In this document: positions 7,901 to 18,439 of the stretch, in pieces | Layout: each line of letters opens with the position of its first letter | How positions within the stretch are numbered: the first letter of the stretch is position 1 | DNA from: Halomicrobium mukohataei DSM 12286 | GTDB taxonomy: Archaea > Halobacteriota > Halobacteria > Halobacteriales > Haloarculaceae | DNA length: 32,000 bases | Assembly: GCF_000023965.1 (NCBI RefSeq) | Contig: NC_013202.1 | Coordinates: forward strand, 1,020,001 to 1,052,000 | Direction of reading: 5' to 3' | Position numbers and translations under genes: made by a program | The notes under the pieces: model-generated | Database searches by the model: none | What the model saw: the letters and a program-made list of their open reading frames with translations, nothing else | What the model was told of the DNA's origin: nothing

Positions 7901-8827
7901 TTACCGGAGCCCGCCGGTGGGGCTTTGCTGGCCGAGCGGTGGCTGTGTGGCGAGATCGGACTGGATCGGGTCGCGTCCGGACTGAAAGGAACTACCCACC
8001 TCGCCGGTCGACGGCTCCAGTTGGTTCGGGAACTGGCCCGACTGAGCGGCCCCGGCGAAGCGGCCGGAGTGCTGTCCGGTGGACTGGTCCGTCGGGAGTT
8101 GCTGAGACGAGAACTGATAGTGGCCCGCCAGGGCGGGCTGCTGGGCGGCCGGCTGTTGAGTGGGTAGCTGCTGAACGGCCGGCTGTCGAGCCGATACCTG
8201 CTGAGCAGACGGCTGCTGTGCAGCTTGCTGAACGGGTTGCTGCTGTGCGACCGGCTGCTTGGCGATTGGCTGCTGAACGGGTGGCTGCTGTACGGCTTGC
8301 TGGGCGGTCGGTTGCTGGGCGGCCGGCTGTTGAGCCGATACCTGCTGAGCAGACGGCTGCTGTGCAGCTTGCTGAACGGTCGGCTGCTGTGCGGCTTGCT
8401 GGGCGGCCGGCTGCTGGGCGGCCGGTTGCTGTGCGGCCGGTTGCTGTGCGGCCGGCTGCTGAGCGACCGGTTGCTGAGCGGCCGGCTGCTGGGCGATCGG
8501 CTGTTGAGACGATGCCTGCTGAGCAGACGGCTGCTGTGCAGCTTGCTGGGCGGCCGGCTGCTGTGCCGGTTCCTGTGTGATCGGGCGCTGCGGTGGCACC
8601 TGTGTGGCTGGCGACTGGCCCGCTATCGGCTGTTGATTCGGGAGTTGCGCGGCCGCCGGCTGCTGACTCGTCTGCTGGGCTGCCTGCGGGACGGCTCCGC
8701 CGGCGGGTTCCATCGTCGAACGCGGTGGGATCTGCTGCTGTGTCGGCTGTGTGGCTGGCTGCTGGCTCGCGCGGTTTGGCTGGCTATACATGTCACTCGC
8801 CATGGGCTGCTGTTGCTGGTGTGTCAT
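7901..8827 (-). CDS. Gln/Pro/Ala-rich pentapeptide-repeat protein (about 308 aa), low complexity, nearly devoid of acidic residues
   Basis: It lies in track ORF 7901..8860. I prefer the ATG at 8827-8825 because GGAGGT (complement of 8834-8839) sits 6 nt upstream. The TAA stop at 7903-7901 is 7 nt before the Hsp20 ATG. There are dozens of QQPxA-type repeats, and no TM helix or signal peptide. Confidence 0.7.
   Translation of the reverse strand: MTHQQQQPMASDMYSQPNRASQQPATQPTQQQIPPRSTMEPAGGAVPQAAQQTSQQPAAAQLPNQQPIAGQSPATQVPPQRPITQEPAQQPAAQQAAQQPSAQQASSQQPIAQQPAAQQPVAQQPAAQQPAAQQPAAQQPAAQQAAQQPTVQQAAQQPSAQQVSAQQPAAQQPTAQQAVQQPPVQQPIAKQPVAQQQPVQQAAQQPSAQQVSARQPAVQQLPTQQPAAQQPALAGHYQFSSQQLPTDQSTGQHSGRFAGAAQSGQFPNQLEPSTGEVGSSFQSGRDPIQSDLATQPPLGQQSPTGGLR
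8133..8570. repeat. Coding tandem repeat array (15-nt unit, CTGCTG-GGC-GGC-CGG type on + strand) with higher-order repeats
   Basis: A 59-nt block at 8177-8235 recurs at 8321-8379 with one mismatch (144-nt spacing). A more diverged copy lies at 8497-8552. The array is entirely inside the Gln-rich CDS. Confidence 0.85.
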
Positions 8828-9129
8828 CGATGTACCTCCGGTGGCGCGCCGGTGTCCCACGTCGGGAGCCGACGGCGCAGTCGGCCGTACTACCGGCCCC
8901 CGTATTAAACGTAGAGACGATTAGAGCGTGTTCAGGCCGTAGCTCCGAAATACCGTCGGATAACCGACTCTATCCGGTCCGTGGAAATCGAGAAGGCTCG
9001 CCAATAGAGTGAGATACGCCGACGTTACCCGAGTACGTCGTTCCTGAGCGGGTCCGCGTGTCGTCGGCGGCTGGGCGTGACGAGTCAGTTCCACGAAGAT
9101 TTTACGTCACCGGGGTAAATTCGGCGCGT

Positions 9130-10059
9130 ATGGCTGCAATAGAACTGGACGGAGTAACGAAGCGGTTCGACGGCGTGACCGCGCTACAGGAGGTGGATCT
9201 CACCGTCGAAGAGGGTGAGATCTTCGGCTTCCTCGGCCCCAACGGCGCTGGGAAGTCGACGAGCATCAACATCCTGCTGGACTTCGTCCGGCCCACGGAG
9301 GGTCGCGCGGAGGTACTGGGCTACGACTCCTACGAGGACTCCACGCGGATCCGCGAGCGGATTGGTGTCCTCCCGGAGGGCTACGACGTGTACGATCGGC
9401 TTACCGGACTCCAGCACCTGGAGTTCGCGATCGAGTCGAAAGACGCCGACGACGACCCGCACGCCCTGCTGGATCGGGTCGGCCTCAGCGAGGAAGATGC
9501 AAAGCGCAAGGCGGGAGGCTACTCCAAGGGGATGTCCCAGCGTCTCGTGCTGGCGATGGCGCTGGTCGGCGAGCCCGACCTGCTGATCCTCGACGAGCCC
9601 TCCTCCGGGCTCGACCCCAACGGCGCGCGGATGATGCAGGAGATCGTTCGCGAAGAGAACGAACGCGGCGCGACCGTCTTCTTCTCCTCGCACATCCTCG
9701 GGCAGGTCGAGGCCGTCTGTGACACCGTCGGGATCCTCAGAGAGGGCGAACTGGTCGCCAAAGACACCATCGAGGGGCTGCGAGCGGCCTACGACACCGG
9801 CCTCACGCTGACGGTCACCGTCGGCGGGACCGCCAGCCAGATCGACGACGGTGTGGCTGCCGTCCGGGCACTGGACGCCGTCTCCGACGTGCGTGCCGAC
9901 AGCGACGCGATCACGGTCACCTGCGAGGGCGACCAGAAGATGGCGGTCCTGAACGCGCTGGAAGACGCCGAGGTCAGCGTCGAGGACTTCGAGACCGAGG
10001 AGGCGTCGCTCGACGACGTGTTCAGCTCCTACACCGAGCGCCAGGAGGCCGAAGCATGA
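9130..10059 (+). CDS. ABC transporter ATP-binding protein (ABC-2 type)
   Basis: I prefer the ATG at 9130, in frame with track ORF 9058..10059 (MAAIELDGVTKRF). Walker A is GPNGAGKST, the signature is YSKGMSQR, and Walker B is LLILDEPSSGLD. The stop overlaps the next gene's start (ATGA). Confidence 0.9.
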   Translation: MAAIELDGVTKRFDGVTALQEVDLTVEEGEIFGFLGPNGAGKSTSINILLDFVRPTEGRAEVLGYDSYEDSTRIRERIGVLPEGYDVYDRLTGLQHLEFAIESKDADDDPHALLDRVGLSEEDAKRKAGGYSKGMSQRLVLAMALVGEPDLLILDEPSSGLDPNGARMMQEIVREENERGATVFFSSHILGQVEAVCDTVGILREGELVAKDTIEGLRAAYDTGLTLTVTVGGTASQIDDGVAAVRALDAVSDVRADSDAITVTCEGDQKMAVLNALEDAEVSVEDFETEEASLDDVFSSYTERQEAEA

Positions 10060-10889
10060 GCTGGCAGGCCGTCGCGCGCAAGGACTTTCGGGACGCCTCG
10101 CGATCCTACCTCCTCTGGGGGCTGACGATCGGGTTCATCGCGCTGGTCTCGCTGGCGGCGGCGGTGCTCGGGTGGGTCCAGTCGAACCCCACCTCCACGG
10201 ACATCCTCGGAGTGCTCCACATGCTGTTCCAGTACGTCGTCCCGCTGATCGCGATCGCGATCTCGTTCGGGGCGATCGTCAACGAACGAGACTCCGGGTC
10301 GCTGAAGATCCTGCTATCGCTCCCCCACTCCCGGACGGACGTGATCCTGGGGAAGGTGCTGGGCCGGACGGCCGCGTTCGTCGTCCCGCTCGTGCTGGGC
10401 ATGGTCGTGCCCGCCGTGGCACTCCTGGTCGTCGGCGTCGAGTTCGAGGCCGCGAAGTACTTCGGCTACCTCCTGTTTGCGACGCTGTTCGGCGTCGCGT
10501 TCGTCTCCGTCGCGACGGGGATGTCGGCGACCTTCGAGTCCCGCTTCCGCGTGCTGCTGGCCGTCTTCGGCTTCTACTTCGTGTTCAACATCCTCTGGCG
10601 GGCGATCAACACCGCGTCGTTCGTCATCGTCCTCACGCTCAGCGGCCAGTGGCCCAGCTGGATGCCACTGACCGTCCAGGAGACGCTGCGCGTGTTCCAG
10701 TTGCTCAGCCCGACGGGTGACTTCCAGATCCTCCGACAGGCGCTGATGAACGACGTGCTGTTCGCCTCCGAGGTCTCTCAGGGACTGCCGGACTTCCGGC
10801 TCCAGCTGGGCGCGATGGCGATGCTGCTCGTCTGGATCACGCTGCCGATCCTGATCGGTATTCTCCGGTTCGAAGAAGCGGACCTGTAG
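10056..10889 (+). CDS. ABC-2 family transporter permease
   Basis: 277 aa with about 6 TM helices. It is translationally coupled (ATGA at 10056-10059) to the ATPase gene. Substrate unknown. Confidence 0.8.
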   Translation: MSWQAVARKDFRDASRSYLLWGLTIGFIALVSLAAAVLGWVQSNPTSTDILGVLHMLFQYVVPLIAIAISFGAIVNERDSGSLKILLSLPHSRTDVILGKVLGRTAAFVVPLVLGMVVPAVALLVVGVEFEAAKYFGYLLFATLFGVAFVSVATGMSATFESRFRVLLAVFGFYFVFNILWRAINTASFVIVLTLSGQWPSWMPLTVQETLRVFQLLSPTGDFQILRQALMNDVLFASEVSQGLPDFRLQLGAMAMLLVWITLPILIGILRFEEADL

Positions 10890-10908
10890 CCGTCTCGGGA
10901 CCGCGCTC

Positions 10909-13014
<2,106 letters not shown>

Positions 13015-13035
13015 CTATGGCAGTGGCCGTCGGGG

Positions 13036-13044
13036 GTTAAAAGG
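13036..13044 (-). promoter_or_regulatory. TATA-like box upstream of ligA
   Basis: The minus strand reads cttttaacc, centred about 29 nt upstream of the ligA ATG. Confidence 0.3.
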
Positions 13045-13127
13045 AGCCATCCCGAGTGGCGACGACGGGGGTGAGCCGTCACCGAGGAATTGGAGACCGT
13101 CCAACGGGTCCGCTCGGTCGGAGCGTC

Positions 13128-14282
13128 CTACCGCGGGCAGCCGACGTCGTCGGCCGGTTCGTCGGTGCCGTAGTGGTTGGCCTCGTACTCGACGTTCGCC
13201 CAGTCGCCGGTGTTGACCTGCGTGATCGCGCTGCCGTCCCAGTCGGCGGGGGTTGACTTCGGCTCGTCGGCGTTGTAGAACCAGTTGTGGTGCACGTCGG
13301 CCACGTCGTCGGGCGTGCCCCGGATGGCGACGGCTTCGGGCTCGCCGCCGTCCTGGACGTGGGCGACCGCTTCGACGGTGTTGTGGTGGATCTCCATCGT
13401 CGTTCCGCCGGGCTCGTGCTGATCGATGACGTGGTCGACCGTCTCCGGTCCGAAGTGGTTGTACCGGGCGGTGTAGCCGCAGTTGCCGCTGCCGGCGACG
13501 CTGTGGCGGTTGTAGTTGAAGTAGTTGTACTCGATCAGGGGCTGGCCGCGGGTGACGCTGACGCCGTAGCCCAGCCCGTCCATCGGGTTGTGGTGGACGT
13601 CGTTGTGGTGGACGTGGGTGTCGGTGAAGGGTCGGATGGCCGCGTGAGAGAAGCCGAAGACTTCGTTGTTGTCGATCTCGACGCCGCTGTCGGCGACCTG
13701 CAGGCCGATACTGACCGGGCCGTCGGTAAGGTCGACGTACTCGTCGTACTGGCCGCTGACGCGCAGTCCCGTCACGCGGGCGTTCGCGCGGACGACGAAC
13801 ATCGGCCACGGGAGATCGGTCGTCTGGAGGTGGCCGCCGGGTGCGCCGTCGATCCCGCGGTCCGAGGCCAGCGTGACGCCCTCGGGGATCGACCACTCCG
13901 CACCGCCCATGTCGATGGTCGCGTCGCCAGCGACGTACACCACGTCGCCACTGGACGCGCTCCCCAGCGCGTCCTGGAGTTCGCTCCGGGTACCGACGGT
14001 AACGTCTGCCTGATCCGGTCCGACGGTGCGCTCGTATCCGGTGCCGCCGCCGACGACCGGTGCGTCGTTCGCGTCGCCGTCGCCCGCCGGTTCGGACGCG
14101 CGGCCGGTCACGTCGTCGTCGGCCTCGGCGGCCGATTCGGAGTCGCGTGCGCTCGCAGCGCCAACGCCCACGCCGCTCATGAGCATGAGGCCAGTCAGTT
14201 CCAGACAGCGGCGTCGGCTGACGGGCAGGTCGGTCTGTGTCGTCGGTGCAGTACGGTTCCGGTCGCCGTTAGGTTCCGGCAT
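13128..14282 (-). CDS. Tat-secreted right-handed parallel beta-helix repeat protein (pectin-lyase-fold-like), function unknown
   Basis: ATG at 14282-14280. The twin-arginine signal is VSRRRCLELTGLMLMSGVGVGAASA. Recurring beta-helix-type repeats carry HHN motifs (THVHHNDVHHNPMDG, EIHHNTVEAV, DVHHNWFYN). Confidence 0.7.
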   Translation of the reverse strand: MPEPNGDRNRTAPTTQTDLPVSRRRCLELTGLMLMSGVGVGAASARDSESAAEADDDVTGRASEPAGDGDANDAPVVGGGTGYERTVGPDQADVTVGTRSELQDALGSASSGDVVYVAGDATIDMGGAEWSIPEGVTLASDRGIDGAPGGHLQTTDLPWPMFVVRANARVTGLRVSGQYDEYVDLTDGPVSIGLQVADSGVEIDNNEVFGFSHAAIRPFTDTHVHHNDVHHNPMDGLGYGVSVTRGQPLIEYNYFNYNRHSVAGSGNCGYTARYNHFGPETVDHVIDQHEPGGTTMEIHHNTVEAVAHVQDGGEPEAVAIRGTPDDVADVHHNWFYNADEPKSTPADWDGSAITQVNTGDWANVEYEANHYGTDEPADDVGCPR

Positions 14283-14535
14283 AATCGAGTACAGTGATCT
14301 TACCGGTAAAGGGGGTTTTTACGGGGTGGCAACCGGGTTGTCACACCCACAGCCCAGCGACGGTCGGACGCTCGGCAGTTGCTTGCCAGTTCGGTGCGAG
14401 CCGAGCCGGGCGAGAACGGTTCGATTACCCCGTGACAGGTCAGCATTATCGCGAGTAAGGCACGATTACGGCTTCGAGCGGGGGTCTCAGTGGTCCGGCA
14501 CAGAACGGTGCGCGCGAGCGAGTCGGGTGGCAGTG

Positions 14536-15240
14536 CTAGTCGGCCGGGGTCGTCTCGGACGCGGTCGTCGGACGCAGCGACGCGGAGCCGACCGCGTCGA
14601 GGTTCGCCAGCAAGAACCCGGCAAAGCCCACGCGGATGAGGACGGCCATGTACTGGCTGATCGCCAGCGAGACGAAGGCGTCGAAGACGCCGAACAGCGC
14701 GATGACGGCGTAGGCGATCAACATCCCGATGAGGAACAACACCAGGTTCCGGGCCTTCCAGTGGAGGAGCCGGCGCTGCTCGGGCACTCCCCGTGTCTGC
14801 GTCCAGACCGGCCCCAGGAGGTAGGCGGCGATCGCGAGGTGCCCGCCGACGACGACCACCAGACCGATCAGGGCGACGATCCCGCCCGAGACCGCCGCGA
14901 CCTCGAAGGCGATGCGCTGGACGACCGGCGTGAGCACGATGGCCGCGAGCGCGCGACCCTCCACGTCGGCGAGTCGCGCCATCACGGCGTACAACACCCC
15001 GTACGCGATCATCGATTCGACGAACAGCGGGACGACGACTTCGCTACCGTTGACCGTGATCGTCCCGACGCCGGCAGCGACGACCGCCGACGCCACTCCG
15101 GCGAGCGCGACGACCAGCACGATTGGGGTACAGAACCGGCGGTGCTCCGGTGAGACCTGGCGGAGCCACCCCCACAGGACGACGAGCGCGACTGCGTAGA
15201 CCACGGCGGTGAGACCGTAGACGGTCGTCGCCTCAATCAT
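14536..15240 (-). CDS. Sensory-rhodopsin-like 7TM protein lacking the retinal Schiff-base lysine (Lys replaced by Arg)
   Basis: The ATG at 15240-15238 overlaps the htr stop by 8 nt. The track's alternative start is a GTG at 15249. The protein has seven hydrophobic helices. By-eye similarity to SRI/SRII includes [13 protein letters not shown] (SRI: GTVIVNGNQIVGL), GVPEQ, RNL and a VGFAGF helix-G tail. The helix-G position is AVLIRVGF (Arg codon CGC at 14634-14632). Confidence 0.8.
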   Translation of the reverse strand: MIEATTVYGLTAVVYAVALVVLWGWLRQVSPEHRRFCTPIVLVVALAGVASAVVAAGVGTITVNGSEVVVPLFVESMIAYGVLYAVMARLADVEGRALAAIVLTPVVQRIAFEVAAVSGGIVALIGLVVVVGGHLAIAAYLLGPVWTQTRGVPEQRRLLHWKARNLVLFLIGMLIAYAVIALFGVFDAFVSLAISQYMAVLIRVGFAGFLLANLDAVGSASLRPTTASETTPAD

Positions 15241-16822
15241 CGTCGTCACCCGCCGTTGCGCTCGCGGTCTGGACTGCTCCGGTGTGGTCCGTGTCTCTGG
15301 TCTCGAACGAATCCAGCAGCGCCATCAGGTCGGCCGTCTGGTCGTTCAGGTCGTCGGCGCGCTCGCGAACGCCACGCATCGTCGACGCCGTCTGCTCGGC
15401 CGTGTCGGCCAGCTCGTTCGAGCGAGTCGCCACCTGCTGGGCGGACTCGGCGACCTGGTCGAGCGCTGCCGAGACCTCCTCGGTGGCGGCCGCACCGTCG
15501 TCGGTCGCGCGGGCGATCTCCGCCATCGCGTCGTCCACGTCGTCGACGGTCTCGGTCAGCGTGCCCAGCGTCTCTCCGGCTTCGGTCACCGTCTCGACCC
15601 CGTCGTCGATCCGGCGGCGCGTCAGCGCCATCTCCTCGGTCACGCCGTCCACGTCGTCGCGGGCACCGTCGACGATCGACTCGATCTCGTCGATGGCGTC
15701 CTGGGTCTGCTCGGCCAGCCCCTTCACTTCGTCGGCGACGACGGCGAACCCGTCGCCACCGCTCCCGGCGTGAGAGGCCTCGATGTTGGCGTTGAGCGCG
15801 AGCATGTCGGTCTGCTGGGCGATCTCGTCGATGAGTCCCGTCGTCTCCGCGACCTCGTCCATCCGGTCGTCGAGAGCGGCGACGAGCCGGTCGAGTTCGT
15901 CGACGGCGTCGGCGACGTGTTCGATCGTCTCGACTGCCTCTTCGGTGCGCTCTGCGCCGGTCGCGCCGACCTCGGCGGCTTCGGTCGCCCGCCCCGCGAC
16001 CTCGTCGGTCGTCGAAGCGACTTCCTCGATCGTCGCCGAGAGGTCGTTCGTCTCGGCGACCGCGCTCTGGAGGCGTTCGGCCTGTCCGGACACGTCACTG
16101 GCGAGTTCGCGGATGTCGGTCGCCAGCGACTCGTTGAGGCGCTCGACCTCGGCGGCGTCCTCGGCGACGGCCCCGCTTGTCTGTTCGACCGTCGTCGCGA
16201 AGGCCCGAATCTCGCCGACAGTATCCGAGAGGTCGACGGTCATCGACTCGTAGGCGTCGGCGATCCGTTCGATCGCGTCGACCTCGCTGTCGGCCGTCAG
16301 GCGGTGGGTGAAGTCGCCGTCGGCGGCGGCCGCCATCGCGTCGCCGATCGTCTCGGCCTGATCGACCAGTCGATCGTTGAATTCCTCGGCCTCGGCGCGG
16401 GCCGCTTCGGCCTCCGACTTCGCCTGTTCGGCCTCTTTGCGAGAGGCCTCCGACTCTTCGAAGGCCGACGTGAGCGAGTCGCGCATGCTGTCGAACGCGT
16501 CGGCGAGCCGGCCGAACTCGTCGGCCCGATCGACCTCGGGAGTGGCGTCGAGGTCGCCGTCCTCGATGGCGGCGGCCGCGTCGGTGAGCTGTCTGAGCTC
16601 GACCGCGACGTTGCCGGCCAACACGATTCCCAGCAGGCCGAGGTTGAGCGTGACGACGAAGACCGTCCCCGCGAGCCCGGCGAGTCCGGCCTCCGGCGAA
16701 GTGGCGACGTGGGCGGCAAAGACCGCACCGAAACCGACCGTCACTCCCAACGTGATCGCCAGCGCCGTGCCGATGCGGCGGCTGTACTGCGAGGCGAGCC
16801 ACGTGACTGTCCGTGATTGCAT
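15233..16822 (-). CDS. Halobacterial transducer (Htr, methyl-accepting chemotaxis protein) of the HtrI/HtrII type with two TM helices and almost no extracellular loop
   Basis: 529 aa with ATG at 16822-16820. TM1 spans about residues 17-39 and TM2 about 46-73, followed by a HAMP region ([17 protein letters not shown]). The conserved MCP signalling hairpin is present ([40 protein letters not shown]). Confidence 0.92.
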   Translation of the reverse strand: MQSRTVTWLASQYSRRIGTALAITLGVTVGFGAVFAAHVATSPEAGLAGLAGTVFVVTLNLGLLGIVLAGNVAVELRQLTDAAAAIEDGDLDATPEVDRADEFGRLADAFDSMRDSLTSAFEESEASRKEAEQAKSEAEAARAEAEEFNDRLVDQAETIGDAMAAAADGDFTHRLTADSEVDAIERIADAYESMTVDLSDTVGEIRAFATTVEQTSGAVAEDAAEVERLNESLATDIRELASDVSGQAERLQSAVAETNDLSATIEEVASTTDEVAGRATEAAEVGATGAERTEEAVETIEHVADAVDELDRLVAALDDRMDEVAETTGLIDEIAQQTDMLALNANIEASHAGSGGDGFAVVADEVKGLAEQTQDAIDEIESIVDGARDDVDGVTEEMALTRRRIDDGVETVTEAGETLGTLTETVDDVDDAMAEIARATDDGAAATEEVSAALDQVAESAQQVATRSNELADTAEQTASTMRGVRERADDLNDQTADLMALLDSFETRDTDHTGAVQTASATAGDDDD

Positions 16823-16943
16823 CTTATTGGAAACAAATCCGATACGGCTCTTGAAGCTGTGGCCCCAGATTCCACAATTGATAACGCAACGGGCTCGATC
16901 GGCCCGCTGGCAGCGACGGCCGACGGCGTGTGACGGCTCGGCG

Positions 16944-18065
16944 TTACAGGTCTGCGACGTCCTCGATGGCGTCGGTCAGCGTCCGGATCGACTCGACATC
17001 GTGTTCGCCCATGTGGCCGATCCGGAACGTCTCCTCGCCAAGCGCGGAGCCGTAACCGTTCGAGAACACCATGTCGTACTTCTCGGACACCTCCTCGATG
17101 GTCCCGGCCACGTCGATGCCCTGCGTGTTCTCGATACAGGAGACCGTCTGGGACTCGTACCCCTCCTCGGGGAACATGTCGAAGTGATCGCGCGCCCACT
17201 CGCGGGTGTACTCGGCCATCTCGCGGTGGCGCTGGTCGCGCCCGTCGTGGCCCTCTTCGAGCATGTGTTTCATCTGCTTGCGGTAGGCCAGCATGATCGG
17301 GATTGCGGGCGTCGAGTGGGTCTGTCCCTTCCGGTCGTAGTAGTCCAGACAGCGCTGGAAGCCGCCGTACCACGAGGCGGACTCCTTCTCGATCTCGCGA
17401 TCGTAGGCGTCGTCGCTGACGACACAGACGGTCAGTCCCGGCGGCATGGCGAACGCCTTCTGGGTCGAGGCGAAGATCACGTCGACGTTGTGCTGGTCGA
17501 TGTCGACGTAGTCACCGCCGAGCGAGGAGACGGCGTCGACGACGAAGTAGGTGTCCGGGTACTCCGCGACCACGTCGCCGATCTCCTCGATGGGGTTGCG
17601 GACGCCGGTCGAGGACTCGTTCATCACCGTCGCGACCACGTCGTAGTGCTTGTCGCTCGATTCGAGTTCGGCGCGGATGTCCTCGGGCTTGATGGCCTGT
17701 CCCCACTCGTATTCGAGTCGGTCCACGTCCTTGCCGAGGCGCTCGGCGACGTTGGCGTGGCGCTCGCTGAAGCTGCCACAGGTCGGGACGAGGATGTTCT
17801 CGTCGACGAGGTTCAGCGTCGATGCCTCCCAGAACTCCGTCCCGGAGCCCGTGAGGATGATCACGTCGTTGTCGGTACCCAGGAACGTCTTCGTGTCCTC
17901 GACGATGGTCGTGTAGAGGTCGGTCATCCGGTCCATCCGGTGGCCGAACATCGGCTGAGCCATCGCCTGGATCACGTCGTCGCGGACCTCGGTCGGGCCT
18001 GGAATGTACAGCGTCTTGTCGGGATAGTCGTCCGTGTATTCGCTTTTTTTCGTCACTGAAGCCAC
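16944..18065 (-). CDS. Class-V pyridoxal-phosphate-dependent aminotransferase (serine-glyoxylate/alanine-glyoxylate aminotransferase family)
   Basis: 373 aa. The start is a GTG at 18065 or 18056, with no nearby ATG. The PLP-lysine motif is [13 protein letters not shown], and the YIPGPTEV N-terminus is typical of the family. Confidence 0.85.
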   Translation of the reverse strand: MASVTKKSEYTDDYPDKTLYIPGPTEVRDDVIQAMAQPMFGHRMDRMTDLYTTIVEDTKTFLGTDNDVIILTGSGTEFWEASTLNLVDENILVPTCGSFSERHANVAERLGKDVDRLEYEWGQAIKPEDIRAELESSDKHYDVVATVMNESSTGVRNPIEEIGDVVAEYPDTYFVVDAVSSLGGDYVDIDQHNVDVIFASTQKAFAMPPGLTVCVVSDDAYDREIEKESASWYGGFQRCLDYYDRKGQTHSTPAIPIMLAYRKQMKHMLEEGHDGRDQRHREMAEYTREWARDHFDMFPEEGYESQTVSCIENTQGIDVAGTIEEVSEKYDMVFSNGYGSALGEETFRIGHMGEHDVESIRTLTDAIEDVADL

Positions 18066-18131
18066 CTCTCAGTGTTGTAAACGGTCGTCGCCGAACGGTA
18101 TGGTAGTTGTGATACCGTCCGCACGACTCCA

Positions 18132-18220
18132 GGTATAGTAGCCATTGAAAATCAATGCACACCCGATCGCACGACAGCAGTGCGATCGGTGTGTAAATCG
18201 TTTCAATTGTTACTATAACC
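18132..18220. repeat. 89-nt imperfect palindrome in the divergent intergenic region
   Basis: There are mirrored blocks: tatagta (18134-18140) with tactata (18211-18217); attgaaa (18144-18150) with tttcaat (18201-18207); and cacacccgatcgcac (18158-18172) with gtgcgatcggtgtg (18180-18194). The last pair has a perfect 10-bp core around the 7-nt centre gacagca. Confidence 0.6.
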
Positions 18221-18439
18221 TCGCCTTATCTCCCCTGGCGGCGTCGCCCCGTCGATACGGTTCGCTTTTCGGGTCCGTACCGGTGGATCGCCCCGAGCGA
18301 CAAGCGATCGTTATCGAGCGAGCACGGAACAAACGACCGGCTTACTCCAGAGCGCCGTGGCGGGCGCGGGACGGCGACTGCGGCGGGCGAGCGCTTGCTC
18401 TCGCATAACAAAGGGGGAGAGGGCGGATGACTCTACTGC

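Noticed and set aside
8133-8570. Regularly spaced short repeats that might be a CRISPR array.
   Set aside because: The unit is about 15 nt with no unique spacers. The array is in frame within an ORF and encodes pentapeptide repeats. There is no leader and there are no cas genes in the window.
7882-8908. Plus-strand ORFs mirroring the Gln-rich gene (7882..8580, Ala/Glu/Arg/Pro repeats; 8225..8908, Leu/Arg/Gly/Cys repeats with very high GC3).
   Set aside because: The high GC3 of the Leu-rich frame is forced, because it is the in-register antisense of Q/P/A codons that all start with C or G. The products are basic and Cys-rich. The minus frame has a GGAGGT+ATG start, runs on into non-repeat termini, and is coupled to hsp20. 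I still note that strand assignment in such repeats is not certain without expression data.
14418-14426. A ggttcgatt sequence resembling a tRNA T-loop in the intergenic region downstream of the opsin gene.
   Set aside because: The flanking bases do not form a T-stem (aacgg versus acccc), and I could find no acceptor or anticodon arms. I do not call it a tRNA.
14536-15249. Whether the lysine-less opsin homologue should be called a pseudogene, or the K-to-R change a sequencing error.
   Set aside because: The ORF is intact at full 7TM length and remains start/stop-coupled to the htr. Converting Lys (AAR) to Arg CGC needs at least two substitutions, and the helix-C and helix-F pocket motifs are changed as well. 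I therefore annotate it as a CDS and flag it as a finding.
15284-18059. Long + strand ORFs 15284..16816 (510 aa) and 16377..18059 (560 aa).
   Set aside because: They are antisense to the Htr transducer and the class-V aminotransferase, both of which have diagnostic motifs on the minus strand.
18145-18408. 87-aa ORF (and the 61-aa minus ORF 18226..18411) in the aminotransferase/DUF4397 intergenic region.
   Set aside because: The products are basic and Cys/Arg-rich with no start context. The ORF begins inside the large palindrome, so the region is more likely regulatory or non-coding.
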